Shown: positions 40,048 through 54,282, numbered from the stretch's first letter. The stretch is DNA of 64,000 nt from Octopus sinensis (GCF_006345805.1 NC_042998.1:173786001-173850000); one strand, 5' to 3'. A program made the numbers and translations. Notes: generated from the letters alone by a model not told the origin.

Positions 40048-41016
40048 GTGCATATATAGATTCGCATACACGTACATCTTGTATATACATACATATAAAT
40101 AGATAGATAGATTGTTAATCCCCGCATACACACGTCATACATACGAACAGACACATACACACATACCCCCACACACATATATATATAAAATATATGTCAC
40201 CTGTTGACCTGTTGAAAATACTGTCTCTCTTTCTCGCACGCGCACATACATACTTACATACATTCATACATACATACATACACACATACATACATACATA
40301 CATACATACATACATACATACATACATACATACATACATACATACATACACATACACACGCCTACGCACACGCACAAATCACTTGTGCTGAAAATCTTTA
40401 GTCAGAAACAAGGGAAATAGAAAAAGAAATTGTCTGGAGAGAGAATAAAGCAATAAAGCAAAAAGCTGTAGAACAATTTTCCAAAAGTTCTTGTAAACAA
40501 GCCTACCAGTACCACCGCCACCACGGTAACACCTATGCCATGGAATTACTTCCTGTCATAGCAACAAATGGATTGTGTTAAAAACAAATATATGGCATTG
40601 TAATAGATGTATAAAGCCATTAGTACTGTGAAAGGTAAAATAAATCGAAAAACGACTTAAACGGTTGCGTGGTTGGTGTTTTCTGTTGCCTTTTATATGA
40701 ATGTGAATAGATGGAGGTTAAAACTAATTTAGGTTATGAATCTATATTTCTTGTATTGTTTTACTTACGATGCATATTCTAGTCCGTACTGTACAGCATT
40801 ACACTCCACACGCCGTTTAATTCAATGTACTGTTGAATTGTTTTTTTGTATCGTAGAAATAGCTTACGACCACTCCTTTCAATAATAAACATTAAATCCT
40901 AATAAATTTTCCTTTCTCTGCTGCTTTTTTTCCTTATTCTTATTGTCTACATTACTCGTTCTGCTTATTGTTCATGCTCTTCTATAACTGCTCCAGCGCA
41001 CCACTTCCAGACGCTT

Positions 41017-41323
41017 CTTTTACTTGTTTCATTCATTTGACTGCGGCCATGCTGGAGCACCGCCTTATTCTATCGGTCTCTTTTGCCGAACCGCTAAGTT
41101 ACGGGGACGTAAACAAACAAACATATACATACGTACATATATATATATTCATATATATGACGGGCTTCTTTCAGTTTCCGTCTACCAAATCCACTTACAA
41201 GGCGTTGGTCGGCCCGAGGCTATAGTAGAAGACACTTGCTCAAGGTGCCACGTAGTGGGAATGAACCCGAAACCATGTGGTTGGTAAGCAAGTTACTTAC
41301 CACATAGCCACTCCTGCGCCTAT
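41017..41323 (-). mobile_element. SINE family A (internally deleted)
   Basis: Family homology. Confidence 0.88.
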
Positions 41324-41556
41324 GCACTATCTTCATCCTGAGTAAACATACTCACACACATGCACACACATAGATAGATAGATAGAGAGAGAGAGACAGA
41401 CAGACAGACAAGCACAAAAACAGACAGGCACACAGACAGATAGGCAAACAGACAGACAAATAGATAGAATTTTATTTATATATATTACCTTCATATATAT
41501 ATATATATAATATATATATATTCCTTCATATATATATATATATTACCTTCATATAT

Positions 41557-41657
<101 letters not shown>

Positions 41658-41677
41658 CTCCTTGTTTTTCTGTGTCC

Positions 41678-41713
41678 CTTTCTGTAGAAGAGCGTAGGCT
41701 CGAAACGTAATAG
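41678..41713 (+). ncRNA. Hammerhead-like motif, family E2 (CUGUAGA core), within element 41653-41790 between (TA)n tracts
   Basis: CUUU-CUGUAGA-A-GAGC guag GCUC-GAAA-CG-UA-AUAG. Confidence 0.55.
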
Positions 41714-41802
41714 ACTTATACTATTCTTGAGCGTTTGTTTTGTACACCACCTGTCTTCGTCTTTTTTTTTTTTCATAAACTCTCTCTATAAATATATATA
41801 TA

Positions 41803-42770
41803 TATCAGGCTGAGTAAACAGTAAGCAAACTTTTGAAACATGAAACTTATTACAATATATTTCTGTAATGCGGGAATCAATTCGATCAACACATTTTTGA
41901 CAACGAGTTATAAGGTTATTCTTGAGCGTTATACTAATATATCTGTTTGTTTCGTCTTCGTCTTTTGTTGTTTTTTTTCGAAAACTCTCTCTATAAATAT
42001 ATATATATATATCAGGCTGAGTAAACAGTAAGCAACATTTTGAAACATGAAACTTATTACAATATATTTCTGTAATGCGGGAATCAATTCGATCAACACA
42101 TTTTTGACAACGAGTTATAAGGTTGTTGATTCCGGTAACATAAAATCTGGAGTGCTGAAGCTAACGAACTCTTTGAACGCACTCTTAGCAACAGTTTCAA
42201 TTTTCAGCTTACGCTATTTGAGAAAGTATTTTGCTTATTTAAAAGTGTATTTTCTTAAGAAGAACTTTTGTCCATGTTTTGTGTGATGATATTTACGAGT
42301 GAATGACTGCACAAGTAGAAAACTAAGGGGATGTAATTGGTTATCGTTATTATTGTTATTGTTGTGGGCAAGGGAGATAACTGTTCAGCTGTGTATAAAT
42401 GTGTATAAATGTGTTTCGTTATTTCCATTAATCAAATTCACACTCATAAGATATTGGGCAACGAATATTTCAATTGAAGGTACTCACCAACACTGTAACT
42501 CAGTGAAATTGAACCCGGAGATGAGAGTTTGTAAAAGGAACTTCTTAAATAAGTGAATATATATATCAGGTTGAGTAAAAAATAAGCAACCTTTTCAACC
42601 ATGAACCAACCGAACACTTATCTCCCTTGCCCACAACAATAACAATGATAACGATAACCAATTACCTCCCCTTATTTTTTTACTTGTACAGTCATTCACT
42701 AGTAAATATCATCACACACAACATGGACAAAATTTTTTCTTAAGAAAATACATATTCAAATAAGCAAACC
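41803..42770. mobile_element. Rearranged non-autonomous Tc1/mariner-like fragments
   Basis: Termini tatcagg(c/t)tgagtaaa at about 41803, 42010 and 42563. A ~150 bp inverted repeat joins 42230-42380 and 42618-42768. Confidence 0.6.
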
Positions 42771-42861
42771 ATAATATGAATAGCGAAAGCGAAACCTGTC
42801 GATATATTAAAAATTTTATCAAAACTATGTAAAGTATGAGTATTTTCCTTTTTTAATTTGT

Positions 42862-42893
<32 letters not shown>

Positions 42894-43857
42894 CATATAT
42901 ATATACATACATATATACTTATATATATATATACACACACACACACATACATACATACACACATACATACCTACCTACATACATACATACATACATACAT
43001 ACATACATACATACATACATACATGCATAAAAAAATTAAGGAATAGAGTAGATAAAATCCATGCTGCATATGCTTTATATCTAACAGAACCTCGGAAGTA
43101 GTAATTACCCAAACGAAGGCAACCCGCTAGCTTCTTGTCGGGCTAAAGACTCCTTACCTCACGTAGCCTGGGTTCTATTTACTCCATTCCCTAATTAGGG
43201 ATTTCTATTTACATACACAGCAACTTCAGCTGATAACCGTAAACTATAAAAATCACATTTTCCAGCTTATCGAACTTCGATATGGTACACATTTACTACA
43301 ATCTACGTCCATAAACCACTATTGTCCCTGAAAGTAGTTTTTTTGTATCTTCTCCTGACTGCTCCAAGCTTATTAATAACCTCCTATACCTTGATTTTTG
43401 GATCCTTTACACACACACACACACACACAAATATGTGTCTATATACATATGAATATTTTGTACATATGCGTATGTGGGTGTATTATGGCATGTGCGTGTG
43501 CTTTTCTTTGTGTCAAAATTTGTATTTTATTACTTAATGTAGGACAGATAACTCAGTCATTTGATGAATTGATATTTGCAACAAGTGAAAATTATTGTGG
43601 TGGAAATAATCGAGTAAACACTGGGAATACGTTGCCACGGCATAGCTAGGATGCTGTGAATAAATAGTGGAGAAACAATGTGTGTGTGTGTATAAGACAG
43701 AGAGCGAGATTCATACACGTACACACGCACATACATATATATGTATGTATATACGTATGTATGGATATATACATGTATATCTATATATATAAATGTGCAT
43801 ATACATACATATACATGCACATACATTCATACATACATACATACATACATACATACA

Positions 43858-43893
<36 letters not shown>

Positions 43894-44224
43894 TTTATAT
43901 ATATATATATATATATATAGTTAAAATTGGTTTAAAAGTATAAGGTTGTTTCACATAAAATATCATATTTGAAACTCAACAATAAAATGTTTCAGAAGTG
44001 TTAGAAATCTGATTTATTCAATCAAAGTAGGATCCATGTTCATTTATGACGTTTCCCCAACGTTTCTCTATGTCATATATATTCCATGTTTTAAAAAAAT
44101 TCATATAAATGTGCATATACGTATATATATATACATGCACATACATACATACATACATACATACATACACACACACATACATACATACATACATACATAC
44201 GTACATACATGCATACATACATAC

Positions 44225-44308
<84 letters not shown>

Positions 44309-44342
44309 CATATATATATAGTTAAATATTGGTTTAAAAGTA

Positions 44343-45534
44343 TTGGGTTGTTTCACATAAAATTTCATATTTGAAAGGCAACAATAAAATGTTTCAGAAG
44401 TTTTAGAAAACTGATTTATGTTCATTTATGATGTTTACCCAACGTTTCTCTATGTCATATATGCCATTAAAAAAAAAAAAAGAATTCATCTTTTGCTGTG
44501 ATAAACTGTCCGAATGCTTCAATTACCTCTTCCCTATTTAAGAATGTTTTATTGCTTATGAAAAGCTCAAAATGCTTAAATATGTGATGATCAGTAGGAG
44601 GGATATCAGGGGAATGTGGAGGATGTTGCAAAATCTCATAATTGAGGGTTTGCAAATTTTGGACGGTATCTTGAGGAGTGTGAGTCCGTGCATTGTCGGG
44701 GATTAAAACTGGGCCATTTCTATTCATTAGTCTGGGTTGCTTCTTTTTCAAATTCTCAAGCGTACAGTCAATTTCCTGGCAATACGATGTTGCTGTTACC
44801 GTTTTTTGCTTGTTGCAAAAATGAATAATGAGTAACTCCCTACGCAGACCACCATGCAGTGACCACTAACTTTTTAGGGTTCAATGTTGGGTTTGGGTAA
44901 TGTTTAGGTGACTCTCTTGCATCTAATCACACTCCTGTTCTTCTGCTGCTGTGAAAGAGTATCCATTTCTCATCACAAGTAATGATTTGATGCAAAATAC
45001 TCTTTTTCCAGTCGAGAACGCAATAAGGGGTACACTTCGAGGCGTCAGTTTTTTTTTAAATCTCGTTTAGTAACAAACCTATCCGTTTTCTTGACTTTTC
45101 CAATTTTTTACAGGTGTCCAAAAACAGTTGCGTGAGATGTTTGTGGTTCTGATGCAACTTTTCGAACCTTTGTTCTTAGGATTTTGTTCAACCAAAGCAT
45201 TTAATCCATCATGCCGAATAACTGATTTTGGCCTACCTCTTGTTTATTTTTAAGGCTATCATCTCCTGAACGAGAGCTTTGGAATCATGTCTGAACAGTT
45301 CTGATGTTAACAAGAGCCAAAGGCCCGCTTCATATTCCGTAGATCTTCTGCGACAGAGTGACCCAATTTGTACTCATACGAGAAAATCATTCAACATAGA
45401 TTGGTTGTTAGTATTTTCATAAGATCTGTAGGTAGGAATTTTGTGAACCAATAATGTTGGGAAGGTAATTGTGTTTTTAAATGACTGAAATAAAAAGTAA
45501 TTAAAAATGCGACATTTCATGTGAAACAACCTAA
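44343..45534 (-). mobile_element. Mariner transposon, defective
   Basis: TIRs ttgggttgtttcacataaaat / atttcatgtgaaacaacctaa with TA TSDs. Motifs TCDEKW, DNARTH and HPPHSPDIPPTDHHIF. Confidence 0.9.
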
Positions 45535-46327
45535 TACATAAACTGTGAAGATGAACTGAGGTAAGAATTCACTACAAGTATGAAGGCAAATATTCCATAT
45601 CAAACTTATTCTGATATTTCGTTATCAGAATGGTAATATTCTATCACCTAGAAAATACCCCAGTGAATACGTACACTCGGACAATCTGAATAAAATTTGG
45701 ATTCGATATAGCTATGTTATTGACAATAAAATTATTGAACACAAATATAAACCTTCACACACACACACATACACACATGGCTGTAAGCACAAAGGGGTTC
45801 TATCCCTAATTGTTAGACTTACCCAGGTACATTTTTATCAAAAACTTCATTATGCAAGCCATATAATTTGTTGGCTTTCTTTAATATTCTATGCAGTAAA
45901 GTCTATGATATCAGCTGAAGTCAATGCGGCCGCTGTTTCTATAAATTTTAGCTACTATATTGTTAAACTCCATGGGTTCCACGAAGACAGTTAGCTGGAA
46001 GTCAAAAGGCTATCATAAATCTTCGGGTTTGTTGAAAACAAACAAATGAATGCAATACATAAATATAATTATAACGAACTTTCAACATACAGTCAATCTG
46101 AATATCACTTTGATATTATTTGTCCCCATGATTCTTTTTATTGCTCGTGAGTATAAGAGATTAGATTAACCTACTATATATGCCTCTATTGAGTAGTTGG
46201 TTAATTGATTGCTTGATTGATTAATAGTGACAGGTGAAAAAGGTCTCAGTATTAATGGTCTTTCTATGGTATTTAGTGGGAAAAGTGGAGTGGATTAATG
46301 ATTAAAGCTATGATATGTATATCGATA

Positions 46328-46720
46328 AGGCGGCGTGCTGGAAGAAACGTTAGCACGCCGGGCGAAATGCTTAGCGGTATTTCGTCTGTCGTTACGTTGT
46401 GAGTTCAAATTCCGCCGAGGTCCACTTTGCCTTTCATCCTTTCGGGGTCAATAAATTAAGTACCAGTTACGCTATGAGGTCGATGTAATCGACTTAATAC
46501 CTATGTCTGTCCTTGTTTGTCCCCTCTGTGTTTAGCCCCTTGTGGGTAGTAAAAAAATAGGTATTTCGTATGCCGTTACGTTCTGAGTTCAAATTCCGCC
46601 GAGGTCGACTTTGCCTTTCATCCTTTCGGGGTCAATAAATTAAGTACAAGTTGCGTACTAAGGTCGATCCAAACGACTGGCCAACTCCTCCAAAATTTCG
46701 GACCTTGTGCCTAATGTAGA
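46328..46720 (+). mobile_element. SINE family B plus partial tandem copy
   Basis: aaggcggcgtgctggaagaaacgttagc head. gagttcaaattccgccgagg occurs twice. Confidence 0.88.
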
Positions 46721-47377
46721 AAAGAATATTGTATATCGATGCTTTTCTATAATATATCGTTTCCTTCGCTATACAACGTATGCAGTAAGTACAGTAGAAA
46801 GAAATATATATACAATATATATACATTGAAAGAAATATATATACAAAATATATATACATTGAAAGAAATATATATACAAAAAATAACAAGATAATCTGAA
46901 ACTGGGAGATTGTGAATGGAATTATTGTGGATGACAGACTAATGCATAGGTTCACTAAATAAATAATGGCAACTTGAAATTGAAACGAATCGAGTATATT
47001 TATGCTCATAAAACATTTTAGAAGCAAATTGGCAGGTGAAAGGAAATTCATATATTTGTACATACGTACATACATAAATGTGCACTTATAGACTCAGGCT
47101 CTCAGACAGACAGATATATACACACACGCGTGTTTAAATAGAAACATAGAGATAGATAGATAGAGAGACAGATAGAGAGAGTGAAAAACACAAAGGGAGA
47201 CCTAGAGAGACAAGCAGAGAGAGAGAGAGAGGGAATATGATCTCTATTTGAAATGTGCATCTGACAGGATTTTGTAAATGTTATATATATCATATCGAGA
47301 TATATTTCGAATACATAATTGATACATAAGCATCTACAAAGAAGGGTACGCGCACGCACACACAAACACACGCACGC

Positions 47378-47427
<50 letters not shown>

Positions 47428-47619
47428 ACTCACGCACATACAAACATTCACACACACACAAATGTGTTCGCGCGCATACTCAAACATACACGTTCATGTA
47501 TATATTATGGGTGTTTAGAATAATCAGGTATATTTTTAAGTCGGGGAAAGCCAGCGAGCTCCGAGGAAGAGGGGTACTAATTGAGTTGCAATAGAAGTAC
47601 AAAAGTAGGAGACATATGT

Positions 47620-48505
47620 TTGTAATAGCAGTGTGTTTGTAAGAAAATTCACGCCAATAAATCGAGTGTTCTTTTTTTATATGGCTTTGGAGATTTTGTG
47701 CTTTATTGCAACAAGTCCTAGATTCTGAAATAAGTACTCTTCAGTGGGTCTTAGCAGAGCTTTGTTGAAGTTCAAAAGTCGATGCTGGGAGCGGTGTTAT
47801 ATATTCGGTCTTTAACATGCTACCTTTCATATAATGGTGATGTACATTCATCAGAAGAGATCTTCATATCATATGGGTCTATCATATGGATCTCTGGTGT
47901 ATGCTCCAGTTGCCTTCTATTTACGTTTTTCTTTTGTATGCGCATCAATTGCCTTCGATTTCTGTTGAAGAAAACAAGCTTTACATAACATCATTTAGAT
48001 TATTAAGAAGTTTTTTTGACTCGTTTCGTTTTTTTTTTTTTTTTTTTGTCTTTTGTACTTTCAAGGAGACATTTCGGATATACTAGGTTGTATGTATGTT
48101 ATGTTGTGTTTGGTTGCAGGGAGGGTTAGAAAGGTGTAAAGCATGCTAGTATTTGCATAGCACTACGTTCTGTAAACGGAGACGGCAAATGAGATCGTAG
48201 ATATATAAGAGAAACAATGCTTGGAAGAGTTTTGGTGTCTGTGTCACTCCAAACTTGACAGAATACGATAATGCCACCAAGGCGATCTGTGATAGAGAAA
48301 GTTCATAGGATGTCAGGGGCTCAAGCAACGAGAGGCAAATGGAGTTCATAGCCCGGCAATTTTAGACAAGAGTTTACTGTACCCGTAGTGATCGAAAGCT
48401 TTGCTGATGTTAATGCAACTATTATCACTGTCGCCAAATTTCTTGAGAGTCGGGGAGTGTTGGTGAGCGACATACAATATTCCAATGTCCATTAGGTTTG
48501 CTATT
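47620..48505 (-). mobile_element. Highly degenerate CR1/L2-group LINE RT
   Basis: Reverse complement NISKAFD..KLLSKLPGYE and GVTQ...LFLLYIYDL. Confidence 0.5.
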
Positions 48506-48604
48506 ACGAAAACCTAAGTGATAGCCAATAAGAATGGAAAGAAATTTAACGTGTAACATACGGTTGTCCTTAATGGCTGTTTTTTAATAATAATAATAAT
48601 AATA

Positions 48605-48811
48605 ATCCCAGCCTCTAAAGGCACCTGAAATTTGCGGGAGGAGACTAGTCGATTACATCGACCCCAGTGTTTCACTGGTACGTAATTTATCGGCCAGGAA
48701 ATGATGAAAAGCAAAGTGGATCTTGGCGGAATTTGAACTCAGAACGCGACGGGCGAAATACCGCTAACCATTTCGTCCAGCGTGCTAAAGATTCTGCCAG
48801 CTCGTCGCCCT
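48605..48811 (-). mobile_element. SINE family B variant, in a (TAA)n context
   Basis: cgattacatcgaccccagtg...ggcggaatttgaactc. Confidence 0.8.
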
Positions 48812-49098
48812 AATAATAATTATTATTATTGTTATTTCAAATTGTTGCCACAACGGCAGCTTGGGGAAACTGTTTTAATAAACGTATTTTCTCTGTGGTT
48901 TTATCAAAGTTAAAAAGAGAAGACAAGAAACTTTGGTGATTTGTTTGTGGCAGAAAAACTTAAATGTTCACTTAGCAAAATCTTTTCAGCATCAGGATCT
49001 CATATCTCTTGCTTATGAATACTGAGTTACGGTAAGTCCCGATTTGAAATCTTCATCACAACCATTATGTTTTTAATAGAATAAATAACTTCTTTTTC

Positions 49099-49519
49099 GG
49101 ATCTTTTCGGTTTGAACGGCAATTTTTAACATAATTTCTAGGTAACTAAAAAATTTTAAACTTCGTATACTGGTAGAATGTGTTTATAAAACATCTGTTT
49201 CTCTTGGATTTATTGAGAAAATTCTATAGTTTGTAAGACATTTGTTTTTTTTTTCTTCAATTTCTGCAATTTCAATCAATCAGTGTCGTCTATTCAGTTA
49301 AAAAGCATTCTGTGCCGTATGAATATGTCCCTCGTTTAAGAAACAGATTGGGTTAATTTACATTTGTGAAGAAAAAAATATACCCTTCCCCCACCCCTAA
49401 CCCGAACCCGAACCTTAAAAGGGATTGAAATGCAATAGATCGATTCTAGGGTCATAATTATGGTTGACAATTTCCTATGACACCGCTAGAAAAAACTGCC
49501 GTTCAAACCGAAAAGATCC
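49099..49519. mobile_element. Merlin-like MITE (421 bp) with 8 bp TSD
   Basis: Perfect 23 bp TIR ggatcttttcggtttgaacggca. TSD tctttttc at 49091-49098 and 49520-49527. Internal cctaacccgaacccgaacc. Confidence 0.8.
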
Positions 49520-51101
49520 TCTTTTTCTTTTCACGAAGAGTTACATTAGTGTTTTCAAACTAAAATATCTCCTAACTCATAGGATGTACCTTCAATAAGG
49601 TTGATGCAGGTTCTTCTTTTCTGCTAAACACAATTTTCTACTATTTCCCATGTGAATGCATTGTGTAATTTAGCGCTGATAATTTTATTCGGATTTTTTT
49701 TTTCTGAGAATATTTCATACAATTCATGGATCTTGTTTCAATAATGGAGTGCTTTTATTGACGATACTGTAGGAGCTGTATTTTTTGAGTGGTATGTTGA
49801 GTATGTGAGGTATATGAATCGAATATATTATCTTTGAATAACTTTTACTTTGGTAAAGTCTTTTCCATTATCAGTAAATTATATCGAGCACTGCCTTTCA
49901 AGTAGTATTTGTTTAAATTCTTGGAGGCTTTTGTCTTCAGTTTCAAAATTCGAAGCTACAGAATATATCTGTCGTACTAGATTGAACTGTAAATCTGTTT
50001 TAGTATGTTTCAGGAGGTGAAAAAGAAATTGGAAATGTTGCATATTATGTCGGTTTTGAGTGAATTTCGATTTCAATGTTTGTGTCGTTTTTAACGTTAT
50101 AACAAAGGATGATTAATTGATTTCGTGTGCTTTCCAGTTTGAACTATCCATTTTTGTTTAAGTTACTAGTGTTTTTGAAACAGTTAATCAATTAAATTGT
50201 CACACTCATATATATAGACTGCCATATATACAAACCGTTGATTCATTTCTTTACTTTTCGCTATTCTATCAACATGTTCATATCACCACATAAATATATT
50301 CACTATATTTCCGCAGTCTTAACTTCTGACCTGTTGACTAATACTTTATAATATATTATACACTGTACATACACACACATACACTATGTGTGTATGGTTA
50401 TATCGACTGTACTGTCACGAATACACGGAGAGCATTACTGTCACAAGACACATTCACTGATGTAATGCAACTTTATCTTTTGGTACAGATAGTATTCAAA
50501 TAGTCACATGACCTTCGGAACTTTTAACTCATATGGCAATTGATAAGTATTTGGCACCGTCCATAGTATATAGCAATAAAGTTCAGACAATCAACATTGT
50601 AAAGCAAAAAAGTACATGTTGAAATAATAGAAATAATACTTAAGAATTGATTTTGAGTGCATAAGCATTTATTTGTCTGTCTTAGTAAAGAAAGTCCTAG
50701 TAAAGAAAGTGGTGCAGCTTTGTTACATTTTAAATTACTCTTACTCGAGGCAACATCTCATGAATTTGAAATTACTTGTTCGAATGTAGACAACGCACAG
50801 AACTACAGGAACTGCAGTTTTAATTTTAAAACTAAACAGTGGGATTTTTGTATGAAACAGGAAATAATAACTTTGCTTGAAAGCAATAACAGTTTAAATA
50901 ACGAAAAGAATTATTAGTACATTGCATTCATGAAGCTAAGCATCTCTCTTGTAATTTCAAGTCTCTTTGATTCTTAACTGGTTCGACGGCAAAGCGTTTT
51001 GTTCTAAAGAAAATATTTTCAGAAACAAAAGTAACTAAGATTACAAATAATGGAAATATAATACAGACTATTAGCAATTCAGATACATTCATTCTCTAAA
51101 A

Positions 51102-51485
51102 ATGGCTCTGTAGTAAAGACGTTTGCTTTCCAACAACGTGGTTTCGGGTTCAGTCACACAAAACGACACCTTGAGTGAAGGTATTCTACTATAACCCAGG
51201 GCCGAACAATGCATGTATGGAAGTCAATCATATGTGTGAGAGAGAGAGGTAGTGTGTGTATATGCATATTGCATGTGTATGTCTCAGTGTTTGTCCCGCT
51301 GCTATCAGTTGACAAGCGGTGTTCGCTTGTTTACGTTCCCGTAACTTAGGGCATCACCAAAGGACACTCTAGAATAAGTAGCAAGCTTTAAAATAAATAC
51401 TGGGATTGGTTTGGTTGGTGAAGCCCTTCAAAGTTGTGCTCCAGCATAATCCTAGTTCGATGACCGAAACAAGGAGTAGAATGAA
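51102..51485 (+). mobile_element. SINE family A, old copy
   Basis: tggctctgtagtaa...gggttcagtc...ttctactataacccagggccga. Confidence 0.7.
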
Positions 51486-51540
51486 ATAAATTTCATTTGT
51501 GTTCTGGAATGTATCACTACGGGAATGAACAGGAAATTTA

Positions 51541-51571
<31 letters not shown>

Positions 51572-51632
51572 GTGTATGTGTGTGTGCATGAATATATATG
51601 TGTTCGCGTGTGTGTTCGTGTGTATGTGTATG

Positions 51633-51663
<31 letters not shown>

Positions 51664-51837
51664 ATGTATGTGTACATATATTTATATATGTGTGAGTGTG
51701 TACATTTATATATATCTATATATATATATGTTTTTTCTTTTGTTATCTTCGTCTTTTGTATTTTTCGTGAATTCTCCCTATATATATATATCAATGAAGT
51801 TTAAGTGTTAATTGTTAACAAGGGAAAAATACATTCA

Positions 51838-51893
<56 letters not shown>

Positions 51894-51903
51894 GTGTGTG
51901 TGT

Positions 51904-51951
<48 letters not shown>

Positions 51952-51958
51952 GTATGCG

Positions 51959-52072
<114 letters not shown>

Positions 52073-52085
52073 GTATGCGTATATA

Positions 52086-52135
<50 letters not shown>

Positions 52136-52149
52136 CAAAATGTAACTAC

Positions 52150-52345
52150 ATGTGAATCGTTGGCGGTTTTTTTGCTCGGTCTGCCTTTTTTATAGGACTT
52201 TCCTTTGTTTCTGAAGAAGAGCTTTGCTCGAAACGTTAAACCACCTTTCTTTCCTTCCCTGAGCGTCTACTAATACCATACATGTACCACGTCCTCGCAT
52301 TGTTGATTCTTTTGTGTTTCTTCGTTCTTTTGCATTTACTATATA
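52150..52345 (+). mobile_element. Short HHR-bearing element, family E1, between (TA)n tracts
   Basis: Homologous to 5790-5978. Confidence 0.75.
52207..52241 (+). ncRNA. Intact minimal type-I hammerhead ribozyme
   Basis: GUUU-CUGAAGA-A-GAGC uuu GCUC-GAAA-CG-UU-AAAC. Stem III is the palindromic, dimer-type AACGUU. Confidence 0.8.
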
Positions 52346-52424
52346 TATAAAATAATGGTTTGTTACCAGCTTATTGTGACAGTCCCAGTAAACTGCTATT
52401 TAGCCCAATGTAACACATTCTTGT

Positions 52425-52778
52425 CGTGGAGGCGCAATGGCCTAGTGGTTAGGGCAGCGGACTCGCGGTTGTAGGATCGCCGTTTCGATTCCCAGACCGT
52501 GCGTTGTGAGTGTTTATTGAGCGAAAACACCTAAAGCTCCACGAGGCTCCGGCAGGGATGGTGGTGATCCCTGCTGTACTCTTTCACCACAACTTTCTCT
52601 CACTCTTACTTCCTGTTTCTGTTGTACCTGTATTTCAAAGGGCCGGCCTTATCACTCTCTGTGTCACGCTGAATATCCACGAGAACTACGTTAAGGGTAC
52701 ACGTGTCTGTGGAGGCTGTTCCGTTGATTCGGATCAACCGGAACCCTCGTCGTCGTAACCGACGGAGTGCAAAGAAAG
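52425..52778 (+). mobile_element. tRNA-derived SINE family D with 13 bp TSD
   Basis: A box tggcctagtgg and B box gtttcgattcc. TSD aacacattcttgt at 52412-52424 and 52779-52791. Confidence 0.9.
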
Positions 52779-52983
52779 AACACATTCTTGTTGCTTACGT
52801 GACACAAGCGTTCTGTGTCAGTAAGTTTCAAACTGGGGAGCAACCAGAGACTAGTATCAGAGTAGTTGCCCATCAAATGTCTAGAGTAACCAGGCTTTGC
52901 TAGCTGTCAGTGCTAAATAGCTGTTGAAAACTTATATAATATCAAGTGAAATAAATTCGATGATTTACAAGGCAATAAACACT

Positions 52984-53447
52984 CACATAAAACGGCATAT
53001 ACATTCCCACTAAAGTTTATCCGTATGTATGAGATAGAGGGTATCATAACTAGATATAATGAAATAAATTCGCTGATCTACAAACACCGATTCTATTTGG
53101 TTACATAACAGAAACATTCTTCCCTTTCCTGGGATTGCCACAAACAAAAGCGTACTTGTTCGCGTGCGTATGTGTTTATGTGTAAGGTAAATATTCATGC
53201 ATTTTCTAAATATGGCATATTCGTGATTCATCTTTCTCTTAATTTATTTCCCGATACATCGGTCATACCTCAAATAATCAACGAATATCTAATTACTTGT
53301 CATATTTGCGAAGAATCATTGACTAATAAATGCTCTAGCAGACAAATTAGTTTGTGCCCTGTAAGGTTTAATTGTATCAAGTTATGATACCCTCTATATC
53401 AAACATACAGATAAACTTTCATGGGAATATATATGTCGCTATATGTG
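52984..53447. mobile_element. MITE-like element with ~75 bp imperfect TIRs
   Basis: aagtttatccgtatgtatgagatagagggtatcataact against agttatgataccctctatatcaaacatacagataaactt. Confidence 0.7.
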
Positions 53448-53527
53448 CATAAATACATATATACACACCCACACACACACAAACACACACAGCACACACA
53501 CACATGTGTATATATATATATATATAT

Positions 53528-53592
<65 letters not shown>

Positions 53593-53732
53593 AACATTTG
53601 TCGAACGTGCTTGCAAATAGATCAGGCCAAAATGGTGTAGAAAATATATAATTTTAAGTATCACAATGTATTTCCACTTAACGTCAGTGTTTGTGTGTGT
53701 GTGTGAGAGAGAGTGAGTGTGTGCGCGCATAT

Positions 53733-53795
<63 letters not shown>

Positions 53796-54230
53796 ATATA
53801 TATCACTAATAATAAAGGGTAAAATAATTAATTAATAATTCCACCAAGTAGTATTCGGCATGTTAAAAGGACCATTTTCGGTAAACTTAAACAATATTTT
53901 TTATAATTATTGGTATAATTATAAATAGGGTTCAGCAAAAAAATTTGCTTCACCACATACCGAACTTTAGAAATAGCAGCCAAAACACTTAGCTATTTCT
54001 TCTACTATAAGAAGAAACTCCCGGACAACATATACTCAAAACACTCCCTCTCTTCGTAGCTCTCCTGTGTGACCCCTCTGTCCGGCCTTCGCCATGATAG
54101 ACCGCTAGCCACTGCACATTCTTTATTTTCTCTTTTTCACTTCCCAAGAGTTAAACTAATACATGTATTTGTTGTCTACACCACCTGTCTTCGTCTTTTT
54201 TTTTGGGGGGGGGGGGGGGAAGTAGCCCAC

Positions 54231-54276
<46 letters not shown>

Positions 54277-54282
54277 CATACT

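Noticed and set aside
48850-50100. Possible decayed coding sequence on the minus strand around the MITE (also 30160-30700)
   Set aside because: No diagnostic motif is readable, so a tBLASTn search is needed.
52431-52505. tRNA gene candidate (also the heads of SINE families A-C)
   Set aside because: It has A and B boxes but no proper cloverleaf acceptor stem. It continues into a SINE body with a TSD.
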